From NCBI GenBank assembly GCA_000934665.2, contig KZ538002.1:124001-188000 (forward strand): 64,000 nt of DNA. The letters run 5' to 3'. Source of the DNA: Catajapyx aquilonaris (lineage: Eukaryota). Shown piece after piece: positions 1 through 13,849 of this stretch (the stretch's first letter is position 1; the number at the start of each line of letters is the position of its first letter). Below the pieces are notes generated by a model. The model was not told the origin of the DNA. It ran no database searches and saw only the letters and a list, made by a program, of their open reading frames with translations. Made by a program: the position numbers and the translations under genes.

Positions 1-1229
1 GCCCGACTGAGATTAATTTTTAACCGATTTGGACTTAATTAATGTAATGTTCCCGTTTGCGGAGAAAGGGAAAAAAAACTCAGCATCCACCTTCGAAATG
101 AAAAATGATCTGTCATAAAGCAACTCCCCTCAAGAGTCGATATTCCACATGCGCAGGTCATGAAGACCAAGGTTGTTAGGCTGGAATTAAATTAAACATT
201 TCGACCAGTAATGTTTTTTTGCGTGTACCAAGTGCCAAATTATCACATGGTAAGTGGATCACTTTGCATATGCTAACACCTTGTATTTTAAAAAATTGCT
301 CTTGGGCGATGATTGGGAATGGTTTCAAGTACAGGGCCTTACTAAACACATGGTCCTCGGAGCTTAACAGCTCATCCTTCATGAAAATGAAGCGAATTTA
401 ATTTCCGGGGATCGCTGCAATTTTCCAGGATTTATGATTATTACGCGGGTGTAGAAAAAATTCCATTACCTTCAATTACTATTGGGGGAAGCATCTTAGT
501 TATACCTCGATGGTCACGGCCGGAATTGTGCGGCTTTTTGGAGCAGTCCACCTCAATCAAATAGGGTTGCGGAACAATGGCTAATTCAAGGGGTGATAAT
601 CTGAAGTGATTTTACGACAGGAAGCCATTGTCGAGTAGTTGCCGCCATATGTTGTTAAAACATTGTCGAAATCTATGATCAGTGATAAGATGACTTACAG
701 TATGATTCGACGATGTTATCTCATGCAAAACACACCCCTACCACTAAATTTGTTTATAGGGCTTACGTGCACGTCTACTGCTCTCAACCGATCACACATA
801 CCATCATGTACTGATGACTGATTTGGAAGAGGGGAAAAACATGTGCACGGCGCTTTTTTTATTCCAGGAAATATTTATCCCAAATTTTTCAAAATAAATG
901 CGAGCATAGAGCAAACGAGGCTTGGTATTTTGGACGCGGTTGGCATCGGCCACGGTTGTTTGCAGCAATTATTTGCAAGTTCAATTTTGTAATGACAGCA
1001 TATCCGTCACAGCTTAACCTCTTAGAAGGTCTTCACAGTTAGCTAATCACGGCCAGTGCCAACGAAATGTACATCGCGCCAATGCATAATGAAGATGGAA
1101 GTTTGCCGTTACCTCGTTGCTCTTCAGCTGCCACTGGTAATTGCGGCCTCAGCTAAACATGCGTGCCAAATGAGCTCTCGTTCATCTTTTCAACGCAGAG
1201 AAAAATCCTTGGTTTTTGGGGGGAGTAGC

Positions 1230-1370
1230 CACCCTCTCTCATCTTTAAGGGCCGTTGGTCTCAATACAATATCTGCAAGGTTAGACACCTGCCCAAAAAA
1301 ATATTTCCTAACTCCTCTCTGATCACTTTTCAAAAGTGGTTTGGACTGGCTGAGTTTTGTCGAAGTCATC
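1230..1370 (-). mobile_element. Possible CR1-like LINE ORF2 3' remnant
   Basis: Translation KLSQSKPLLKSDQRGVRKYFFGQV weakly resembles the CR1 C-terminal KL...RKYFFSxRV motif. Confidence 0.25.
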
Positions 1371-3354
1371 CCTTCTACCAAACCGCCTACCTCCCATCCT
1401 GGTTGACGTCCATTTAACACACTGAAAGGTGGTGATTAAGATGTTCCCTCCATGTCACCATTGTCTTAAATGATAAAGAAGCTATTATCGATGTGGCACA
1501 GCCATCACGGCCACACGGCGCATTTTTCGCACTTGGCACACATTTTAGCAGCATTCAAACTTTTCCTTACCTCCTCTTCTCCCAAAAAAAAATCTCAAGG
1601 GTCATTCGGTAGCCAGGTGGATCCGTCTTCACGACAGGTTTATTAAACCGAAAATCCACCGTCGTAATCGCAAACCTGACTCTCCCAGGAGAGGATTCCA
1701 GACAAGCCCGGCTTTTAGCACCATCCAGCATTTTATATCGCTCATATAGCCATTCACGTGTTTTGATGTGTAAGATACATGACTCTTGATGAAACTGCTC
1801 GGTGTTGGTTTTTTATATCTTTCTTTGCTTGGCTGCATTTTTTGGAGCTGTTTATTTTGGGTGCCCCGATACATGGGGGAACGGTTCTCTCAGGGTTAGT
1901 TTCATTAGAAACGGAGTCCCTGCTGAGAAGACACAATCGGCTATTGAGGGGGACTCGACCGCCATCAGCTTTCCCGTTCCATAAATTCTCTCCTTCGCGT
2001 TTTTTACGAGTCTACGTCTCCCTAAAAGGGTCAGCAACACCCGCCAACTGAACAAAACTACTTTTTTTTCCTCCCTGACCAAGAGTGCGGAAATCTTGCA
2101 GTTTCTACCAGAATGGTCGTGTCCGGTATCATAATGCAGTATGAGGAATTTCAAGTTTATGGAGTGTGTGACGTCACTACTCTTGCATGCCGATATATTA
2201 ATTGCACGATGCAATAAAAGTCTTGCCTTCGCAGCCAAGTGCTGATTGCCAGGAAAGAGGATCTTCAGAAGCGACAATGTCTGCCAGCTGGCATGGTACG
2301 CATTGTTGTGATACACTTTTGGTGCACAAATATGGCCGCCTGAGAGTGGCATGGCGAGTCGCTCCAATAAATCGGCGGATGTCAGGTGCAACAACCGGAG
2401 TCTCTTGCGTTTTGCCACGAAAATGTGATAGAACCGTGTGAAATATCTCGTGGAGTACCGGTATGAAACGGTGCGCACGTGTAACCTGCACAAAAAGGGC
2501 GAACAAAGAGCCGGGTCCACTCTGCTTATATCCCTGGCCCCGGCATGTGCAAAGTACTCCCCCTTTGTTATAGCTGGCCCAAGTGTTATGAAGGAAGCAC
2601 GCAGGTCTGCCATTTACGTGGGCAGAGCTATACTTCTTCAATCTACTGGAATCACGCCTTTTCCCAAGAGCACAGGAATCTTGCACCTGCGCCCTCCCTG
2701 GAGAAGCCATCGCACTTTTTTTTACACATATATCTCCTTCTAGCTCTTTCCTTTTTGGCCAGCCCCGTGACCATGGAGGATCATCTAGAAGATTATCTTA
2801 TCCCTGACAGCTTGCTTCACCAATGTCTCTGGTCAGACAGAATCGTGGGTCATTGTTGTATCCGGATGCCAGGGATGGGTTCAATGGAGCTCGTTTAGAA
2901 CCACATTTTTTAAAGAGTATATATTATTCGGGTTTCTGGGAAGATAGAAATTAATATGGAAATTTGGGAGAGCTGTTGGCGGTGTGGAATTTGTATTATG
3001 CAGGGTGAGGCAACATCGGAGCACAGGCTGTTACTGATATGTGACATCCCAATTTGCATAACTGGCCGCTTTCGCACTTTCGGAGAAAAACGTGCAAGGC
3101 TGCTATTGCGTGCACAAGCAATATTTTAACACTTCGGCTTCCGAACATCCGAAGTAAATTATTGTTAGAATTCTGACCCGACCACTCCAGGCACAACAGA
3201 ACTGTAGTGTATACTGTACATACCGCTGTGTAAGACAGTAATATTCGACTTATGAACATATAGCTTGATCAAACAAAAACGAGAATTTTGCCATACAAAT
3301 TTTATAAACCCGCCCTCTGGGATGTCATTTGAACATTACTTTGTGGACCAGTGT

Positions 3355-3733
3355 GGACTTGCATGGTACTCATAACTTCAGGCAGTTTGTCGATAGGTGG
3401 AGGGGGAATCGGACAGCAGCTGTTTGAAGATGGCGGAACACATTCAGTTACGCTACAAGGAGGAGCAGAGGGTTATGAACAAGATAACATGCCACAAATA
3501 GTTTAAAATTTCGTTTTATGTTTGAGAGAAATTGAAGGGCTCTCTGCAATAAGCAGGTATGTGCACTTAGGTAAGGGTTCTCTGCAATGTGGACAATGTG
3601 GTCTTACCTGGTTTATAGGCTTTTCGCTTTAAAACACAGGAAAAAAGTCACGAGTGCACATACCTTCTTATTGTAGGGAGCCCTTCTATTGTTGCGGATT
3701 TGCATGCTACTCATAACTTCAGGCAGTTTGTCG
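3355..3733. repeat. 38-bp direct repeat pair (3355-3392 and 3696-3733)
   Basis: ggacttgcatggtactcataacttcaggcagtttgtcg vs ggatttgcatgctactcataacttcaggcagtttgtcg, 2 mismatches. Confidence 0.9.
3534..3686. mobile_element. Small inverted-repeat element (34-bp arms), MITE-like
   Basis: gaagggctctctgcaataagcaggtatgtgcact (3534-3567) is complementary to agtgcacataccttcttattgtagggagcccttc (3653-3686), with 3 mismatches. Confidence 0.7.
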
Positions 3734-3874
3734 GAATGCATATAGATGGTGACTCCCATTCCAAACATTTATTAAGAAGTATCACGAGAAGTCATTCTGT
3801 TTTATTCACAGAAGGGACAACAGCCGCCATGTAAATGTATCGGCAAATACGGACACGATGTATAAATGCCATGT

Positions 3875-3978
3875 ACTATATCGCTCAAAAACATAGAGGC
3901 GATTTTGCATTTGACTCAAGTGCATCCTGCACTTGAATCAAATGCAAAAATCGTCTCTATGTTTTTGAGCGATATAGT
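3875..3978. repeat. 104-bp near-perfect palindrome (about 50-bp stem, 3-nt loop), probably MITE-derived
   Basis: actatatcgctcaaaaacatagag...aagtgca TCC tgcactt...ctctatgtttttgagcgatatagt; 2 mismatches and 1 indel. Confidence 0.9.
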
Positions 3979-3989
3979 CCCTCTCAGTC

Positions 3990-4350
3990 ACGTGCCTGAG
4001 ACTGGTGTAAAAAAATTCCAGGTGTCATAGTTCCATTCCACCGGCCTGGCAGCCACTAAGTCTGTCAGACAACTTTCATCTGTCTGAAACATTTCACACC
4101 ACTCGCAGACAAGTGACTGCAAGGCACCTAGCAGATTCTGTATAGTGCTTGCATTCGCCGATATATTGCGATGGACTTTGTATATCATATGCCCAAAACA
4201 AAAATCAGTTCTCTTATCCTTCCTGGTGCACCCCAGAAGCGGCTCCATCATCTTTGAACAACTACTGTATGATTGACACTCCACATATCGGAAAAATACC
4301 TGCACTTGTGAGTTCAATACGAGTCCGCAACTATCACTCTCAAACAGCAT
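3990..4350 (-). mobile_element. Decayed LINE reverse-transcriptase fragment (CR1/Jockey group)
   Basis: IYKVHRNISANASTIQNLLGALQSLVCEWCEMFQTDESC resembles the RT segment that follows the YADD motif (...LQxDLxxLxxWCxxWxMxFNxxKC). The catalytic residues are lost. Confidence 0.45.
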
Positions 4351-4464
4351 CCCAAACTACCAGTAGATTTAATAATTATTTCACCTTTCTCGTTTTCATT
4401 TGATCCACCCTCGTACAATGTTGCCAAAAGATTCAATACGTATAAGTCTGGGACAGGCCGTACA

Positions 4465-4738
4465 GGGGCCGTCCATAATCCGCGCGGACAGATTTTTTCA
4501 CTTTTTTACCCCCCCCCCCCCTNNNNNNNNNNNNNNNNNNNNNNNNNNNNNNNNNNNNNNNNNNNNNNNNNNNNNNNNNNNNNNNNNNNNNNNNNNNNNN
4601 NNNNNNNNNNNNNNATTTGACGTTTATTGTCCGCGCGTACAACTGACTTCTACCCCCACCCCCCTGTACGGACAAAAGCGGACAAAGTGCAACCCCCCTC
4701 CCCCCCTTCACTTGTCCGCGCGGATTATGGACGGCCCC
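4465..4738. mobile_element. MITE with 26-bp perfect TIRs and 3-bp TSD (PIF/Harbinger-like)
   Basis: ACA|ggggccgtccataatccgcgcggaca ... tgtccgcgcggattatggacggcccc|ACA. The interior contains an N gap. Confidence 0.85.
4523..4614. other. Assembly gap (92 N)
   Basis: N run next to a poly-C tract inside the MITE. Other Ns (16703, 40897, 43911, 61436-61441) sit in G homopolymers. Confidence 1.
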
Positions 4739-7700
4739 ACAGTACAATTTAGGGCTTGCAACAGATGTTATAAGTTATGATGAAGTTGTGTAAGGAATAT
4801 CCTGTAGGACACATATCGGTCATTGCCTTTGGTGTGATATTCAGGATATTCCCTATACAAGCAATGCTGCCGGTCAGAATAAGTCGTAAAACCTAATTGG
4901 CGTGGCATCCCGTAACTATTATGGACTTATACGAGTAGGATGTAAGTTTACCTGAAGCAACTCCGGAAGTTACCGACAACATGCACAGAAGCGGTGTTAA
5001 ATTTCTTGCAAACTATTTCGTAGCACGTTCCTCAGTAAAGTATAAGGTTAGTTCATATAGACCAGGAACCACTGTCACGAGAATTTGCATTTATGACGGT
5101 GTCTCATTACCCTCGCAGCATAAATAGTAATAATGCAACGGTTTGCTCTCTGATTATGCCTAGTCGTGAATTTGAACTGGTTATGGTTCCCAAGAAGGTA
5201 TTTTACAAGTATATCTTTCGCCTAATTTAACGGGATAGCGGACTTACATTATTACAACACACCAGTAATGTATATTCCAACCTCAATATAACCCTGAACG
5301 ACGGCATAATAAATATTACCGAAGGCTATACAAAATGAATCTGGAAAGATATAGTAGAAGCTACAAGGCTCATAAATACATAATACGAAAGCGGTCCGAA
5401 ATAAGACAACAGGAGTTTCCTGAGGCTATGGCAAATAAATATTTACTCAAGGGCGCAACTTACGTCAACTATTTATTTTTTGAAATCGCCATTACAACTG
5501 ATCTAGTTCATTGTTGTCATTGCCACACGATTTCACTACTTCATGTTTCATTCCACCATTGAGGTCACCACATACTGAATTCCACTACTGGCTGTGTTGC
5601 TACTTAAGTCAGATTCAACCCGTTAAATCCTTCACCTGGGACACCTGCAAAGGGATCAATCTTAACTGCATTGATCACAGTCCCTTTCTTGTCCTCTCAT
5701 ATTGAACTAACACGGCGGGTGTCGGTGACATCGGGTCGTGACCCCTCTTTTCACGTTGACGACCGTGCCAAGCAGGGTATCCCTAGGGGGGGTTGCCACG
5801 GAAAAGGCTGGCCCATAATTCATCTCTGCCAAAACGATGCCCAGGCACAACGTTGCCCAGTTAGCATACCCTTCTTGTCACCCGGTGGCACCTTTTTGTC
5901 CAGAAGAAGAGGGATCAAAATATGGAACAATACAAAAAAAATTATCCGAGGTATTACTTCATGGCATAGGTACAGTATAACTATACATTTAAAAAAAATG
6001 TGGTCTGCACCGGCGTGGGGGGTTTGGGTAGGACCCTTATTGGATTATGCCACTTGCTACCGGACAACTCTCCACACCTCTTCCGACCCGCTTTTTTGAC
6101 GACTCTTGAGCCGAGGAGTCGTAACCACATTCCATCCAGGGACACACAAATTGGCCAAAACAGGATTTCTGGACGCACAACGATGCCGCCCACTCCGTTT
6201 TCATGTTTGCCTCGTTTCCACACTTCCTCCATGCACATTCTTCAACTTATCACGCGTCAGATTAAGTCGGGAATTCTTACTAATCTTGAAATGGAAACGG
6301 TGGCAATGTTTTCATACAGAAGAACCGGGAGGAACGGGGGGGGGGGGGATACCAACACCTTCTTTACCCACTTTTCAAAAGGACATTTATCATTTTTGCT
6401 TTGTAAATACAATTGAAAAGTCTTATTGGTCGAAACCTTATTTGACACATGATTTTATGCACCTGCGTATAACAGTATACCATGTGCACATATGTGTGAA
6501 TATCTCCTCACTGACAGTTATTACACGCTGGCACTTACAGACAGCTTCGTGATGTGGATCTCATGTTAAAATTTGCCAGAGGTTCAGTCAATTCTGAACC
6601 ACTCTGTACCGTGACTGGAACGCTACTGTGCATGTGGAGCATGTGTACACATCCGAGGCCACCTATGTATTCACCGTTATATTAACAGGCTACAAAGGGT
6701 GTACGTGAGCCCCCAGAATTTATGCTTCCATTATATGCCAACTCTTGCGACATGGTAATTGACTATTGAAGTACCCACGTCGTAATTTACAAACAGCGCT
6801 ACTCCCGCTTAACAATAATACCAACCTACGAGTTAGGCCCTACTTTTTTTTGTTCCTTTTCATTCTGTAACATCCGAATCTCCTACCAGGCATCCCACCA
6901 CCATCAGCACATAAGCCTGATATGCAAATCAGAGTTTCTCCTTCAGACCGAGTGGGACCAAATCGAGGCCACTCAGCACCACAATCCAATGGGATTTCGA
7001 GGCTCGAGGAACAGGTTTACACCTTTCGACCAGGTTACTTCACTCTAGAAAAATCCGCCAAGATGTGTCTGCGCGCACCACATCAGAGTTGCCAACAGAA
7101 ACATGCAGTCTTGGCCACCTAAAGAATTCTATTAGCAACCGAAGTATGGCGTCACCTGCATCCACCCCATACAAAAATGAGGCCCCAATTACACTGTCTG
7201 TGTCACCAGTCCACCCCGCCTTGGGCAGGGCTCCTCCAAGAAATTTTTGTGGGTTCGAGAGCCGGGAAGGGGGGAGAGGATAGGGAAAAGAGTGTCATTA
7301 GGCAGGGCGTCAACCGAGGCTAGATAAGGTCAGCCTCCGGTGCCCATGCAGCCAGTGCCAGTTGGGAATGGAAAATGGATGCTGTTTTGCTTCAATTTCC
7401 ACTCACGCCTCGGGAGAGAGGCAGGTACTTGTTGGGAGGAAGGAACCAACGAGCGCCACCCTGTATGTAACCTTGCGTTCTTCTTGGACTCCCACAACAT
7501 GGGAGTCCCTGACATCAGCCGGAATTAACTCAATATCATACCCTACGACATGAGATATGATCGTGGCAACTATACCGAGCACTGTTTGGCCCTGTTGATT
7601 GTATCGAGTCATTTTTTGGTGGAGGGCAAGTACAAGTGATATGGATCGACAATGCGAGAACAACTTTCTTTTTCTCCCCAGCATTCCGTCATCAAAAACT

Positions 7701-9903
7701 TCCTCAGAATAAATCTCGTCGAGAGATTCCAGTCGAGGTCATTGCATGACCCGCGCTATTAGAATCGGCAGAGGCGATAGTAAACTGGATTTACCAGAAA
7801 CGAAATCGAGCGGGATCAGCCGAGGATTAGCACGGACTTGAAAATGTAACGGATTCGCGAGTAGAGTAAAAGGGATAACGAGACGAGATTTGTGAACAGC
7901 ATCATTCTTCGCGACCTGCAAAACCAACTCAAAAATCCGATGAACTTGACCTCACCCTATAACGTGATACCGGCCAAGACGTGTCAATAATTGCAGTACT
8001 GTATAGCACGACCAGTACATGTTTACGGATCATGTTACCTTTGTTGGAACAGGTATATATACTCATCCCTTTAGAATCGGTTCTAAAGTCAACTCAATTT
8101 TCAACTGCGAATATATTTCTGCACGAAGCTTCCGGTTGGTTTAGCCAGTTGTACAACCTCGTGACGTGAATCCGACCAGGAAGAATGACACACGGCTGCA
8201 AACACATGGTACACAAAAAATATCCACACACTCGGGTCGTGCATAAGTAGATGAGATGGCAGCAGGGATGAAAAATACACCCCGTCTAATTAATGCAGCC
8301 TCGTGCTGGCGACGTCGATCTTTCGCTCTGGCGGCGATTTAACTCCGGACAATTAACTCCTTTGCTGGCGGTGCCTTCAAACAAGTGGCAGGTAAAGGAT
8401 CGTTTTGATCCGTCTTGTTGGTCCCGGAGCTTGATCCGGTATTTTAATTAATTACAAGAATGTCAGGGGTGGGCTGGAAAGGCAATCGGGTATATTTTTG
8501 TTATAGGGGGGAAGGGGGTTGGGAGGGTTCGATAGTGTATCTCCATGGTACCGTTTCCCCACCCCTTATGCATAGGGGAGGGCCTCCGATACAAATTGCT
8601 TTCCAACACGAATGCCTCACAAAGACAACAACGGTACTACAGTCAGGAGAGAGGGGGTTCATAAGGATGGAAGATAACAACAACGAAAAAAAAGTTTTAA
8701 AAAATGGTCCAAGCCCAATTTAGGCTCCCAAACTGACCGCACCATCGCCAGCAGTCCCCCTCTCTACCTGAGGTCCTCCTCCACCCCCTCCTCCTACTTT
8801 GGGGCTGAGTTGCCCCTTCTCAAGGTCTTTCTCCCCCGCTGGCTCTCTTCTGTAAAACAATGTAACATGGAGGGCCCACCTCTTCGGGAGTCTGTGCGCT
8901 AACAAGAGTAAGGGACTCCTTACTTCTCGCCCACTACCTTCGACCCCTGAATCACCCAAAAAAAGGACACAATGATACTGAATTTGGCTACCAAAAAATA
9001 AAGAAAGAACAGGTTCCAGGTTTTATAAGCAGCTCGTATCGCCATGACTTTTGTTCAGAAATGTGGCAGCGCCGGACCCAAAATGGTCCACCTCCAATCA
9101 AGGCTGATCACAAGGAATTGTTGCCAGAATTCCAAGACACCCTGTGCATGTCGCTTTGTTCCAAATGAGAGGCCTTTGTAACGCCTGAAAGTACTAACCG
9201 TTAGATATAAAAACGCGTCTTTATGTACGATACTGTTGATCCTAAAGAAGGGACAGGACCTTCTGCAAACTCATGTATGATTGGGTACGTCCGAAGACCT
9301 GTAGTGTAAAAATTCCTACAATGACAGCAGGCTACTAAATGCTGTGGAACCAGGTTGGAACTAGTAACGTGACAAGTATTAGCAACGTTTTCAATTCAAT
9401 CGCGCAATATTTCACTCGAACCCGTCTTATCATTTAAGATGAGGACTTGGCGCAAATTTGTCACGACGAAAGCCAAGAGTACCAGATGCTATGATTGCAC
9501 CACGTTGATGACAAATGCAGACTTGTTGATGAAGCGTATTATGACTCCATCAGAACGACATGGGCGTTGTTAGGCCCGCAACAATCAATCTGCTGTCAAT
9601 CAGTCCAGCAGTGGAAGCTAGGTGGAGTCCACTACTGTTTGTGGAACCACCGGATTGTTACAGTATGGTCAGATGCACGTCACACGTGTGTTCCATATGA
9701 GGCATTGGAAGCGCCAGGCGGACATGAGAGGCAGCCATGCATGGAGCAAAAGTGGGCTTGGGGTGACAATAAGCAGGCAATGAAAAATGAAAGTCATTAC
9801 AAGGCCCCTCCGCCAAGCCGACTTGGGGATGAGAGAAGCCTGCTTAGGGATTCCAGTCAAGAACATTTGGGACGGGTTCACTACGCAGCAGGGGAGCCCG
9901 GTA

Positions 9904-9904
<1 letters not shown>

Positions 9905-9947
<43 letters not shown>
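9905..9947. repeat. (CA)n microsatellite
   Basis: Direct reading. Confidence 0.99.
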
Positions 9948-9951
<4 letters not shown>

Positions 9952-10279
9952 CTGGCGCTGGTTTTCTGGGCTTGCTCTGGGGTTACCAGAAAGGCGCCAC
10001 GGATTACTCTCCCTTTTCTTGTAGCGTTGACGGGAAACAAGGTAAACACTACATCACGCCAGTTGAGGGAAGAGGAGTTGTGAACGGGTTGGGTTGACAA
10101 CGAGGCAGGCCCGCTGCGGATTACTCCTCCAGCTGTTTACCGGGAAGAGCACCAGCCACTAGCCAGCCTCTCATTCTGATCACTCAGGATTTGCTTCTGT
10201 ACATTATCACCCGACCATTCTCCAGTGAGCCTACCTAGACACAGCCTTTGTTACACCAGGGGGATGACTGTCGCCCCAT

Positions 10280-10520
10280 GCTCCTAAGCGACAGCCAGAC
10301 TTCACATGTCTTGCAGAGTGGACGGTCACGTCCGTCTTCAGCTAGCGGGGCCTTCATTGTAACCGTGATTGGCTCTGTGCATGACATATGTGCGCATGTC
10401 TCCAGGCGCCTACACATAGTCCATTGCTTGCTTCGCCACGTTTCAATTTGGAACTCGGGTATGGCTTCTCAATATTTTGACCACTTTGGTTTCAAATATT
10501 TCATCGTGCAATAAGAGTTG
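10280..10520 (-). mobile_element. Decayed I-group LINE ORF2 3' fragment
   Basis: W...RRLET...AEDGRDRPLCKTCEVWLS resembles the RRxExxLxRLRIGH...PxCxxCxxxLS zinc-knuckle region at the end of I/Nimb ORF2. Confidence 0.4.
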
Positions 10521-13500
10521 GTGTTGACTGCTGTGCGGAACAGTGCAATAGCATCAGGTGTGTGATCAATGCGGTGTAAGGATTGCACTCAATCCAGCCA
10601 TATTATGAGACAGAAGGCTCATTTTTAAAAGTGTCGTATTGTGGGAGCTAATATGTGCACCTAAAAATAAGTACAAAACACGCGTGAAACATTTGGAATA
10701 TTTCACTGGACCCATGTCTCGTGTGAAAATTATAAGCATAATATTATTGTCAGTCTTCTCTCTGCATTAGCATCAGATAGGCAGGTAGTGCTTGGGCTAC
10801 TATACAAGGTGGTGTGCCAAAAAATGCACTGTCTCTTGGACTGTATAAAACGAAATTTCTCTAGTTGATTTAGGAAATCTCGGATTCATTACTAAAGCTT
10901 CCTCATGCAGAATCAAGTGCATCCAAGCAATGAAACCGTTCATCGATTCTACTGTAAATGCTACAAAAATGTGAAGCTTAACTTTGCCCATATCTCCCCA
11001 CTCATCCTATAGTATTCAATGTTTTCCTATACATGGAAGTGCCTGTGTAGCGGTCGGCTCTCGTTGTTAACGAAGAGACCCATTCAGTGGGACAAAACGC
11101 CTGCGCCTAACTCTCAACAACAACAAAGTGAAACTGATAAGCAATTCCTTTGGAGCTGAGCTCCTTAACTTTAAGAAGTTACTTCTCGGAATAGAAACTT
11201 TCAGACGTTATAAAAATATTAACTGCTTGTGTAAAGTTAAATATTTTTCAAACCAATTATAGGCTGCGAAAAATGCGTATTCCATTGTTGACCTCTGGTT
11301 CCAAGGGCTCAAAGTGGGTCATTCTCAATGGAAAATTCATTTCAATTAATGGACTAGAGGGATGATCCCATTCAACCTGAAAGTTGAATTTAATATTTTT
11401 GAGAACCCCCAGGAGTGACTGTTGGTGAGAAAAATTTTTCTACCGCAGCAGACACTTAATTATTGAAAACTGTTGTATAAAAAAGCCTCTAAAAATGAAT
11501 AAGAAAAGCGAGATTGAATTTCCAAATGTCAAATCCGTTGCAGAACACCAACAGAAACTTCCATCCACACACCAATATCCCCAGTTCCCAGCCAGTACCC
11601 AGAAGACTGACGTCACTGATTGCCCGCTACGCCTGTTCCGCTGGAGTATGTCGTATTCGCACAGGTGTAGAGCAAATGGTATGATACCCTGCGAGGAATT
11701 TCCGAGCCTAGAGGAGTAGGTTGTTCCTGCATTCCAGGTAATTAGTGGAATCGTTTATAAACAGCGCACAGGCAGCCGAAGGCCATTGAAAAGTGAGACT
11801 CGGGGAAAAGAAAGAAAAAGGAAGAGAATAAAAAAAACCGATCTCGATAAGAAAAATTGGCCCGTGGCGGGGAAAGCCATTCGGACGTGTCACAGAGCGA
11901 TGGAGCGTTTCAAAACGACTCCAAAATGCTCTCAGGAGTCGTCCATTTTTTACACATATAATTCGGTCCCCCACCGCCATTCTTTATCCTTCCGCACTGA
12001 TGAAGTGGAATTAGTAACACCCCGTAGTCGGCCCCGTTGTCCGGGCGTGACTGGGATTCCTCACGACGACAGCTTTGATTACGTCCGATTGTTTCCTTGG
12101 CCAATATACCATCTTAGCGGGAGCCGTCGTGGTGGCCACTGGCCATGTTATGCTTACCCTTTGCATGGCCGTTTTGCTCGTGATTCACTTTTAGGAGGCG
12201 CCCCCGAGTGTACCGCTGTCTGTCTTCAGGGACTCATCTGCAAGTTGTCAACTGTCGCTACAAATTCGGGTGTCAAATAATCAAATTGTTCGTCAAATCT
12301 ATTCTGGCTCTAGGGGATGAGAAGTGTCCGGTGTCCGCACGTGCACAACACGTCCCAACAAGAAAACATCACACTTCCCCGAAACCCTACTTTTTTATTA
12401 CCGATGTGGATGAAAACTATTCTTATTGCATCCCTGGAGGCTCCCTTTTTCTTCACTAATTGGGGGTCGACACGGAGGCCTGAAGGTAGCAGTCCCCAAC
12501 CCCCTTCCCCAAAACTCTGGTATCCCCTGCAGGGACCATTCTTTCGCACCAGCAGCACGGTTCGTGGCCATGCGACAGAACCCTGTCACCAACCAACTTC
12601 CCCTACCTGGATTCTTCAACCCAAAACTTGGGAGACCTTTAGAGGCGTAAAAAAATATTTATGTGTATAAGTTACCAACAGTCATCAGTAGGCGGACTGT
12701 CCCGCAGGACGTTGGCTCAGGTCAGGAAGGTAAGCGGTAGGTAATTAATTGCAGGGCCTCGGGACAGTCGGGAAGGATGTGGTTCACATCGACAATAAAG
12801 CATCGGCAGGTCAATATATTGGCAGGTAATGCACGCATCCACTCGACACAACCTGAATTTTTAAATAGTACCACTGTTAAAACAGCTAATCTATCACTTG
12901 GCCGGTAAGTAAACAATGGCGATATATGAGCCTAGCACCAAATGAACAACAATAAATCCACACTAGTGCAAACAAGGTATTCCGTTTAATTATTGACATT
13001 CGGTTAAGTTAGGCCCGCACTCAGTGACAACTAACAGTAATGAGGAAACAGGTTATTCTTCTCTGGTTGCGAGAACAAAGGCAACACACCTATGACAGCC
13101 AGCCGTAAAGGGGGCCAGAAAGGGAGGGTAGGAGGAGCAGAGAAAGATTTGGAGCAATTTGGTTGCCAACCCTCATTCCCAAAGAGCCAGAAATTCTAGG
13201 ACTCCCCCCGTCTCCGCCTGGACCTCCCCCGACCTTCCCATCCTCTTTCTGTGGAGAAAAAAGGTCGGTGGTCAAAGAACGGCGCAGGGACACTTTTGCC
13301 GATGCAAGTAGTTGTTGTGTGTCTGTCTGCATGGGGCCCTAGTTCTTCCCACTCTCATCAAGGGGAGTTTCGTGATGCCCTCCGACCAGGGACTGTACTT
13401 AGGGCCGCAAAGCCTATACTTATGTGGAGCCGGCCGGCCGAACGTGGTGCGACTGCCCCAGGGACTCACTCCGAAGCTCAACCCCACTCAAAAAGGGCAA

Positions 13501-13849
13501 CAGGCGCCTTCCGAAAATGCTTTGCCTTGCTTCATCGGACAGGAGTCGCACATCTGCAGATATACTACTGCCTTCTATCTATTGGGGACACACCATTTTT
13601 ATCCATTCATAGGCTCATTATGGACCGCTGCTGGAGCTCGTTCAAATTATAGTCGTTGACTCAGGCCAGCTTGACATTATTGGACATTTTCCCATCGTGT
13701 TAGGTTGGTTCATGATTTGCTGAATGACTCGACGGACACATCCCGATGATTGCTGTCTACCTGCACGGTCTAGCGGTCCGTGGTGCGACTTCCTCGGCTG
13801 TATTTGGTCCTGAGATAAGGAGTTATCTTCCTTTCGATGGAGTCCGTGC

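Noticed and set aside
1852..2613. 253-aa minus-strand ORF
   Set aside because: No recognisable motif, no cadherin features and no convincing splice context; likely chance or an unidentified decayed repeat.
9495..10097. 200-aa ORF with THTH repeat
   Set aside because: Its length is partly due to the (CA)n microsatellite, and no domain is recognisable.
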